Source: Candidatus Helarchaeota ASGARD archaeon Hel_GB_B (GTDB taxonomy: Archaea; Asgardarchaeota; Lokiarchaeia; Helarchaeales; HEL-GB-B). From it: a stretch of 7,015 nt of DNA. A program made the translations under genes and the position numbers. The DNA lies in contig SUPR01000140.1 in NCBI GenBank assembly GCA_005191425.1, forward strand, positions 1 to 7,015. The letters run 5' to 3'. The notes under the pieces are model-generated. The model was not told where the DNA came from. It made no database searches and saw only the letters and a list, made by a program, of their open reading frames with translations. Every line of letters starts with the position of its first letter. The stretch's first letter is position 1. Positions 1-5,785 of the stretch are shown here, one piece after another.

Positions 1-1
1 T

Positions 2-136
2 ATATTAGAAAGTGATAAAGGATACCTAATCCAAGAAATAAACCATACATCAGGTTTTAAAGCTGTTTCATGGACAACTGGAACAGATATAGCTGGTAGA
101 ATTGTTGATTATTTAATTAAGGAATGTAAGAAATAA
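2..136 (+). CDS. lysX: 3' end (partial) of an ATP-grasp RimK/LysX-family ligase, probably a LysW-amino acid ligase (LysX/ArgX)
   Basis: Manual translation of frame 2: ILESDKGYLIQEINHTSGFKAVSWTTGTDIAGRIVDYLIKECKK*. This resembles the LysX C-terminus (ExNH metal-binding motif followed by F-K...TGxDI). It ends in tandem stops TAA TAG and lies directly upstream of lysZ. LysX versus ArgX cannot be resolved from this fragment. Confidence 0.75.
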   Translation: MLESDKGYLIQEINHTSGFKAVSWTTGTDIAGRIVDYLIKECKK

Positions 137-140
137 TAGT

Positions 141-146
141 GAGGAG
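141..146 (+). promoter_or_regulatory. Ribosome-binding site for lysZ
   Basis: GAGGAG, 5 nt before the ATG at 152. Confidence 0.75.
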
Positions 147-151
147 TAGAA

Positions 152-982
152 ATGTCTATAACTGTTATAAAATTAGGTGGTAAATTATTATCTCAAGAAA
201 ATAAATTTGAAAATGTAATAAAAGATATAGCTAATTTAATAAAAAATAAAAAAGATAAAATTGTTTTGGTTCATGGCGGAGGACCACAAATTAATAAAAT
301 GTTAAGAGCAGTAGGAAAAGAGCCAAGAATTGTAAAATCAGTTTCGGGTATGCAAACAAGAATAACTGATAAAGAAACTTTAGAAATTGCTCAAATGGTA
401 ATGGTTGGAAAATTAAATAAATTATTGGTTTCAAAATTTGAATCTTTAGGAATAAAATCAGTTGGTATCTGTGGTGCAGATGGAACTACAATCCAAGCTA
501 AAAGAAAAGATAATTTACGAATTATAGATGAAAAAACTGGAAAGAAAATTGCAATTCATGATGATTATAGTGGTAGAATTGAGCATATAGACCCTACATT
601 AATAAATATTTTGTTAGAAAATGATTATTTACCAATTATTGCACCAATTGGGATTGGTTTAGAATACGAGTTGCTAAATTTAGATGCAGATAGAGTAGCT
701 GGATATATAGGTGCTGCATTAAAAGCAAAGAAATTACTATTATTTACAGATGTAGAAGGCGTTATAATTGATGGAAAAGTCATAGATAGTATTGGAAAAG
801 AGGAATTAAAAGATATTTTGAACAAAGTTGAGGGTGGTATGAAGAAAAAAATTTATGCTGCAAGTGAAGCACTTAATTTAGGAATAAAAACGGTATATAT
901 AGGATCAGGTATTTTAGAGAACCCAATTTCTTCTGTTTTAGAAGGAAAAACAGGAACAGTTGTTTCTTGGAGTTTTGTATAA
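152..982 (+). CDS. lysZ: [LysW]-aminoadipate/[LysW]-glutamate kinase (amino-acid kinase family)
   Basis: Amino-acid kinase motifs KLGG, VHGGG, NLDAD and GGMKKK. It also has the LysZ-type features PRIVKSVSGMQTRITDKETLE and the basic hairpin KRKDNLRIIDEKTGKKIAIHDDYSG, which classical ArgB lacks. It lies between lysX and lysK. Confidence 0.88.
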   Translation: MSITVIKLGGKLLSQENKFENVIKDIANLIKNKKDKIVLVHGGGPQINKMLRAVGKEPRIVKSVSGMQTRITDKETLEIAQMVMVGKLNKLLVSKFESLGIKSVGICGADGTTIQAKRKDNLRIIDEKTGKKIAIHDDYSGRIEHIDPTLINILLENDYLPIIAPIGIGLEYELLNLDADRVAGYIGAALKAKKLLLFTDVEGVIIDGKVIDSIGKEELKDILNKVEGGMKKKIYAASEALNLGIKTVYIGSGILENPISSVLEGKTGTVVSWSFV

Positions 983-1007
983 ATACAATAAAAAGGATGT
1001 TAAAAAT

Positions 1008-2117
1008 TTGGATGATGAAAATTATTATATAAGCCTCCTTCTACAAGCATTAAAAATTTTTTCTCCATCAGGTAATGAAAAAAAGTTTGCAGAATTTTTA
1101 TATAATTTTTTAATTAAACATCATTTTAAAAATGTTAGATATGATAAAGCAGGTAATGTTATTGGAGAAATTGGTAGAGGAGCACCCGTTCTATTACTTG
1201 CCTCCCATATGGATACAATAAATGATTTTATCGAAGTAAAAGAAGAAAAAGATAGAATTTATGGACGTGGAGCTGTAGATGCTAAAGGTCCCCTTATGGC
1301 TCTTGCAATTGCTTCATCTAAATTTTGTGATAAAGATTTTAATGGAAAAATTATTTTTGCAGGAATTGTAAAAGAAGAAATTAGTACCGATGGTATTGAA
1401 ACATTTTTAAATAATAATAGAAAAATAGATTTCGCGATATTTTCAGAACCAAATAATACAAAAAATATAGTAGTTGCTTATAAAGGTAGAACATCATTAA
1501 AAGTAAAATTGACATCAAATAAAGGGATTGGACATCCAGCAATTTCTTGGCTCTTTAAAAATAGTATAGAATTAGCATTTCAATATTATAATCAAATAAA
1601 AGGTTTATGTAATACAAAATATAAAGGAAGAACTCCTTATTTTAGTGTTATTCCAACAATAACTGAATTTAAATCAGCTGAAGGTAAAAATATTATTCCA
1701 TCTTGGGCAGAATTTTATTTAGATATAAGATATCCCTATGGTATAGATATAGAAAATATCTTTAAGGAAATTGATGAAATAAAATTAAAGTTTATGGAAA
1801 AAAATGATTGTGTAATAGAGCATACAATAATAAGCAATGTCTACCCATATTCAGTTAATCCAAAAATAGAATTTATAAAATATTTGTCAGAATCTATTGA
1901 AGAAATTTTAAATGAAAAAAGTAAATTAACAAGAAAAACTGGAACAACATTTATGAACGTTATTGGAAATACATTAAAAATACCAACTATTAGTTATGGA
2001 CCAGGAGATCCGACACTTGAACATACAAAAGGAGAATATATTTTAAAAGAAGATTTTTTAAATAGTATTAAAATTTTAGAATTATTTATTAAGAAATTTT
2101 TTATGATTTTAGAATAG
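1008..2117 (+). CDS. lysK: [LysW]-lysine/[LysW]-ornithine hydrolase (M20 family)
   Basis: M20 motifs SPSGNE, SHMD, YGRGAVDAKGP, KEE and SEP, plus LysK-type YKGR, DIRYP, KTGTxxMN and SYGPGDxxLEHT. Start moved from the track's 960 to the in-frame TTG at 1008: it removes the overlap with lysZ, has AGGA at 994-997 and gives a LysK-like N-terminal length. Confidence 0.85.
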   Translation: MDDENYYISLLLQALKIFSPSGNEKKFAEFLYNFLIKHHFKNVRYDKAGNVIGEIGRGAPVLLLASHMDTINDFIEVKEEKDRIYGRGAVDAKGPLMALAIASSKFCDKDFNGKIIFAGIVKEEISTDGIETFLNNNRKIDFAIFSEPNNTKNIVVAYKGRTSLKVKLTSNKGIGHPAISWLFKNSIELAFQYYNQIKGLCNTKYKGRTPYFSVIPTITEFKSAEGKNIIPSWAEFYLDIRYPYGIDIENIFKEIDEIKLKFMEKNDCVIEHTIISNVYPYSVNPKIEFIKYLSESIEEILNEKSKLTRKTGTTFMNVIGNTLKIPTISYGPGDPTLEHTKGEYILKEDFLNSIKILELFIKKFFMILE

Positions 2118-3105
2118 ATACTAGCAGTCCTTTTTGGACATGTAATCTATTTTCAGCTTGATCATAAATGACAGAATGTTTACCATCACATACACTATCT
2201 GTCGCAACTATATTTCTTCTAATAGGCATACAGTGCATAAAAATTGAATTTTTATTGGTAAGTTCCATTAATTCGTCATTACAAATCCAAATACCTCTAT
2301 ATGGAAGTCTAAATTTTTTCTCTTCCTTAGGTTTACCATAATATTTTAGAGAACACCAAGATTTAACATAAATAATATCTGCATCTTGATAAGCTTCTTT
2401 AATTGAATGTTTTATCTCAAAAGAACCGCCAGAATTTTCTGCATTCTCTTTTGCTTGTTCAATAATTTTTTGGTCCAATTCATATCCAGGAGGATGAGCT
2501 AAAGTAACATCTAAACCGAATCTTGTCATAATTAAAACTGTCGAATTAGGTACACTTAAAGGGAGAGGAAAAGGATGATATGCCCATGAGAGAACGAATT
2601 TCTTATTTTTAATATTATTAAATTTTTCTTTAATGGTCATTATATCTGCTAATGCTTGGCATGGATGATATAAATCATCTTCCATATTAATTACAGGGGC
2701 ATCTGAATATTTTACAAATTCACGTACAACTTGATTGCTTGCACCATATTTCCAATTAGTTATGTTGGGAAAAATTCTAATTGAAATAACATCTCCATAT
2801 CTGGACAGTACTTTTACAGTATCTTTAATACTTTCACTTTTCCTACCAAGCCAACTTTTATTTGCATCAATAAAAATAGCGTGCCCACCTAATTGGGTCA
2901 TTCCTACCTCAAATGAATTTCTAGTTCTTGTAGATGGACTAAAAAATATCATAATAAGAGTATAACCCGGTAATAATTCAATACTTTTATAATCACCTTT
3001 TTTAAAATTGCGCTTTAATTCAAAAGCTTTTTTTAAGACGGTATCAATTTCATCTTTTGACCATTCTTGAGTTGTAATGAGACTCTTATTTTTCAAATTA
3101 CTCAT
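2101..3105 (-). CDS. argF': ArgF'-type (N-acyl-ornithine; AOTCase/SOTCase-like) carbamoyltransferase
   Basis: Carbamoyl-phosphate motifs STRTR and HPCQ. It has the N-acyl-ornithine transcarbamylase signatures TTQEWS, IRIFP, INME, WAYHPFPLPLSVPNS, YVKSW (replacing the DxxxSMG motif of free-ornithine OTCases), HCMPIRRN and AENRLHVQK. ATG at 3105 is preferred over TTG at 3117 because GGTGG lies 5 nt upstream. Confidence 0.88.
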   Translation of the reverse strand: MSNLKNKSLITTQEWSKDEIDTVLKKAFELKRNFKKGDYKSIELLPGYTLIMIFFSPSTRTRNSFEVGMTQLGGHAIFIDANKSWLGRKSESIKDTVKVLSRYGDVISIRIFPNITNWKYGASNQVVREFVKYSDAPVINMEDDLYHPCQALADIMTIKEKFNNIKNKKFVLSWAYHPFPLPLSVPNSTVLIMTRFGLDVTLAHPPGYELDQKIIEQAKENAENSGGSFEIKHSIKEAYQDADIIYVKSWCSLKYYGKPKEEKKFRLPYRGIWICNDELMELTNKNSIFMHCMPIRRNIVATDSVCDGKHSVIYDQAENRLHVQKGLLVSILKS

Positions 3106-3110
3106 CAGTT

Positions 3111-3115
3111 CCACC
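3111..3115 (-). promoter_or_regulatory. Ribosome-binding site for argF'
   Basis: Minus strand reads GGTGG-AACTG-ATG. Confidence 0.6.
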
Positions 3116-3128
3116 AAGGTATAAGTAT

Positions 3129-3138
3129 AAAAACAAAA
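3129..3138 (-). terminator. Possible oligo-T archaeal terminator (or leaky terminator) after the longin-like gene
   Basis: TTTTGTTTTT immediately follows the TAA on the minus strand. Oligo-T tracts terminate archaeal transcripts, but such tracts are common in AT-rich DNA. Confidence 0.3.
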
Positions 3139-3552
3139 TTACCATAATGAATCTTTTATTCTTTTTATAGGTATATTACTAAAAATATCTAAAACTACTT
3201 TTTTAAAGTTTTTAAATACATGAACATTACCATCCCAATTTGAAATTCTATCTCCATATTCTGCCATAAATTGTTTTTCAATTGTTTTTAATAATTTACG
3301 AATATAATTTTCTTTTATTGCTTTTGGGGTTCTTACAACAAAAAAAAGATCTTTTTCACCATGCAATATAGTTAATTTAGAATTTCCAAAAACAATAGAA
3401 GTTAATTTCTCTCCTTGTAAATTCTCAATATAATTTTTTATAGCAGTCAGAAAGCTCCCTACTAGAATATTATCATCAGATTCTTTCAGGAAGAGCCAAA
3501 ATAGTGTTACTCCACCAGAATTCATTATCCAAAAATCTTGAACGAATTCCAT
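3139..3552 (-). CDS. Stand-alone longin-like domain protein (Asgard-type)
   Basis: 137 aa with longin-like order: N-terminal beta-hairpin (QDFWIMNSGGVTLF), helix (ILVGSFLTAIKNYIENL), three strands (SIVFG, KLTILH, LFFVVR), helix, NWDGN-x-x-x-F motif and a C-terminal Trp. AGGT lies 8 nt upstream of the ATG. The fold call is from pattern recognition. Confidence 0.68.
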   Translation of the reverse strand: MEFVQDFWIMNSGGVTLFWLFLKESDDNILVGSFLTAIKNYIENLQGEKLTSIVFGNSKLTILHGEKDLFFVVRTPKAIKENYIRKLLKTIEKQFMAEYGDRISNWDGNVHVFKNFKKVVLDIFSNIPIKRIKDSLW

Positions 3553-3612
3553 TTATAATTACCTAATTTATGTAAACTAATTAAATACTAACTAATATGA
3601 AAATAAAAGTTC

Positions 3613-3620
3613 TATATAAA
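3613..3620 (-). promoter_or_regulatory. Candidate TATA box for the longin-like gene
   Basis: TTTATATA on the minus strand about 60-68 nt upstream of the ATG. There is no clear BRE and the background is very AT-rich. Confidence 0.3.
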
Positions 3621-3735
3621 TTATAATTAAATATCTATTTTTCATTAATAAAATCTTTAATTTTATAAAATAATATATAAATTTTTAAATTTTAAGTTAC
3701 GAAAATATTAAAAAACTAAGATATATTTAAAAAAA

Positions 3736-3749
3736 TCAAATTAATTTGA
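3736..3749. repeat. Perfect 14-bp palindrome TCAAATTAATTTGA in the divergent intergenic region
   Basis: Read directly. A second palindrome with the same AAATTAATTT core (AAAATTAATTTT) lies at 3817-3828. Function is unproven. Confidence 0.45.
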
Positions 3750-3897
3750 CAATAAAAAAATAAATATTAAAAAGATACGCTAAATAAAACTAATAATCTC
3801 TTTTAAAAAAATTTCAAAAATTAATTTTATAAAAAAGTAAATTAAGAATTAAATAAATTAAATTTTAATTAGAATGTTTAATAAAAATAAAAAAGTT

Positions 3898-3902
3898 GAG
3901 GT
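3898..3902 (+). promoter_or_regulatory. Ribosome-binding site for the 7TM gene
   Basis: GAGGT, 9 nt before the TTG at 3912. Confidence 0.65.
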
Positions 3903-3911
3903 TATAGTCAA

Positions 3912-4715
3912 TTGGTGGCTAAATCAGATTTATTTGACCCACAAATTCATTTATTACCATTAATATTTGAGTTTATTGTATTTATTATTATTTTATATTT
4001 AAGTAAATTAATTTATTCAAAATATAAGGAGCGTAAAACTATTCCAACATTATTTTTAGCCTTAGCCTTATTTTCAATTGCTTTAGCTCCTTTTATTGCA
4101 TTTACAGGTTTATTTAGTTGGATGATTTTATGGATTATTAATGGCTTTAATCCTACATTAAGTCCTGATTATTATTCAATAAGTATGCCTATCGGATTTC
4201 TATTTGTTATATTATATGATATCTTTTTAATTTTCTTTACTATTCATATTTTTTGGGATAAAAATAATAAAAAAGCAATTCCATTCATTATTGTTGGTAT
4301 TATAATTGCTATTTTACTGTTTTTACCTAATAATTATTATGGAGTAGATCCAGGTCCGAACGATCCACCTAGTATAAGAGCGTATACGCAAGGAGTATAT
4401 TTTATTTATAATTTAATTATTTATATTATAGTTGCTATTTTTGCTTTTAGAGAGGCAATACGTATAGAGGAAAGAGTATATAAAATAGGATTTGAATGTA
4501 TAGCTTTTGCTCAATTAAGTAATATTATTATTTTTTTATCTTTTTTATGTGATGCAATTATTCTTTTATTTAATCCTGCAAGTCCAGGATATTCAATTTT
4601 TGTTGTAATTGCATGGATTTTTGCAGTTGTATCATCTATTTTGGTATATTTAGGTTTTATACTTCCAGATTGGTTTAAAAAATTGATACAAAAAGGTAAA
4701 TTAAAAACAGTATAA
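3912..4715 (+). CDS. Uncharacterised seven-transmembrane protein
   Basis: Seven hydrophobic segments at about aa 14-35, 46-76, 90-114, 122-138, 160-179, 197-220 and 228-251. Basic loops alternate with Pro/Gly/Tyr loops, and the C-terminus is YLGFILPDWFKK. TTG start with a GAGGT RBS. Confidence 0.8.
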   Translation: MVAKSDLFDPQIHLLPLIFEFIVFIIILYLSKLIYSKYKERKTIPTLFLALALFSIALAPFIAFTGLFSWMILWIINGFNPTLSPDYYSISMPIGFLFVILYDIFLIFFTIHIFWDKNNKKAIPFIIVGIIIAILLFLPNNYYGVDPGPNDPPSIRAYTQGVYFIYNLIIYIIVAIFAFREAIRIEERVYKIGFECIAFAQLSNIIIFLSFLCDAIILLFNPASPGYSIFVVIAWIFAVVSSILVYLGFILPDWFKKLIQKGKLKTV

Positions 4716-4762
4716 AGATAATATAAACATATTTATTATATTATTAGTAGTAGGTTAAATTT

Positions 4763-5668
4763 ATGGGAAAAAAAAATACTGCTGTAATTGGAGCCGGGTG
4801 GTTTGGCTCAGCCCACGCAAGAGTTTTAAATTCTCTTTCAAATCTTGTAGCTATTTGTGATATAGATATTAATAAAGCAAAATCGTTAGCAGAGAAATAT
4901 AATATCAATTATTATTCAGATTATAATGAATTAATAAAAAATGAAAAAATAGATTCTGTTAGTATTGTAGTTCCACCAAAAGAAATTCCAAAAATTGCAG
5001 AAAAATTAGCTTCAAAAGGAATTAATGTATTATTAGAAAAACCATTGGGAGTAGATTTAGATTCAGTTAAAAGATTGCTAAAATACGATAATGTTAGATT
5101 AATGTGTGGATTTATTGAACTTTTTAATCCAGTTATCGAACGATTGAAAAATAATCTACATAGAATAGGACATATTATAATGGTTAGTTCTAGACGAATT
5201 GGAAGACATCCACATAGAAATTGGGACATTGGTGTTATATTAGATTTAGGAATTCATTCAATATATATTCAAAGATTTCTTTTTGGCGATGTTATCGAAC
5301 AAAAATCAATGTTAACTTATGGACATAATAGTAAATATGAAGATGCTGCCTTTATCTTATTAAGATATAGTAGTGGAGTTAAAGGATTAATTGAAGCAAA
5401 TTGGTTGACATCTGCAAAATATCGTAAATTAATAGTGTATGGAGAATATGGCTCTTTAGAAATTGATTATATTACTCAAGAATTAAAATTTATTTCAAGT
5501 GAAGAAAAAGATCCTCAATATAAATATATTGAGATTTCTCAGCCTTACACCTTCGAGGAGCCACTAAGAAGGGAAATTTATGCGTTTCTTTATAATAAGA
5601 AGAATCCAGTACCAATAGAAGAAGGAATTAAAAGTTTAGAAATTGCTTTAAATTCTTATAAATCATAA
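4763..5668 (+). CDS. Gfo/Idh/MocA-family NAD(P)-dependent oxidoreductase (WlbA/WbpB-like; substrate unknown)
   Basis: Rossmann motif VIGAGWFG, plus AICDID, LLEKP, FNP, DLGIH and EANWLT. AGGT RBS at 4752-4755. Confidence 0.88.
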   Translation: MGKKNTAVIGAGWFGSAHARVLNSLSNLVAICDIDINKAKSLAEKYNINYYSDYNELIKNEKIDSVSIVVPPKEIPKIAEKLASKGINVLLEKPLGVDLDSVKRLLKYDNVRLMCGFIELFNPVIERLKNNLHRIGHIIMVSSRRIGRHPHRNWDIGVILDLGIHSIYIQRFLFGDVIEQKSMLTYGHNSKYEDAAFILLRYSSGVKGLIEANWLTSAKYRKLIVYGEYGSLEIDYITQELKFISSEEKDPQYKYIEISQPYTFEEPLRREIYAFLYNKKNPVPIEEGIKSLEIALNSYKS

Positions 5669-5750
5669 TCATAAATGCATATATTTTATTTACTAAGATT
5701 TAAAGAATTAATATATTAATCTATTATTATAAAGTTAAAATTTATCAATG

Positions 5751-5758
5751 TTTATATA
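5751..5758 (+). promoter_or_regulatory. Candidate TATA box for a near-leaderless JAMM transcript
   Basis: TTTATATA at -35 to -28 from the ATG at 5786, with no RBS before that ATG. This fits a transcription start a few nt upstream of the start codon. Confidence 0.45.
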
Positions 5759-5785
5759 TTAAAAAATTTTATTTGATATATAACG

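Noticed and set aside
625-825. 66-aa minus-strand ORF
   Set aside because: Fully antisense to lysZ, no motif, composition typical of a shadow ORF.
960-1007. N-terminal extension of LysK from TTG at 960
   Set aside because: Overlaps the lysZ 3' end, has no RBS and adds sequence not expected in LysK; TTG at 1008 fits better.
152-2117. Annotation as classical ArgB and ArgE/DapE
   Set aside because: The LysZ-type basic hairpin, LysK-type KTGT and YGPGD motifs and the adjacent lysX-like gene favour the LysW-dependent enzymes.
2735-2965. 76-aa plus-strand ORF
   Set aside because: Antisense to the conserved core of argF', with no independent support.
2101-3105. Annotation as canonical ornithine carbamoyltransferase, putrescine transcarbamylase or ATCase
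   Set aside because: Lacks DxxxSMG and ATCase-specific motifs, and carries the YHPxP, KSW and HCxPxRRN signatures of N-acyl-ornithine enzymes.
3553-3911. AT-rich spacer as a replication origin, CRISPR leader or ncRNA
   Set aside because: No ORB-like G-string repeats, no cdc6/orc1 gene, no repeat-spacer array and no GC-rich stems; divergent promoters explain it.
3874-3963. 29-aa ORF MFNKNKKVEVIVNWWLNQIYLTHKFIYYH overlapping the 7TM start
   Set aside because: Out of frame with the 7TM gene, no RBS and no attenuator-like hairpins; the tandem Trp codons come from the TTG GTG start codons read in another frame.
3912-4715. Microbial rhodopsin, schizorhodopsin or heliorhodopsin
   Set aside because: No Lys in TM7 and no RYxxW-type TM3 motif.
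4921-5229. 102-aa minus-strand ORF
   Set aside because: Antisense shadow of the Gfo/Idh/MocA gene.
5663-5674. Tandem TCATAA TCATAA duplicating the last codon and stop
   Set aside because: A 6-bp duplication in AT-rich DNA with no sign of an insertion; likely chance or slippage.
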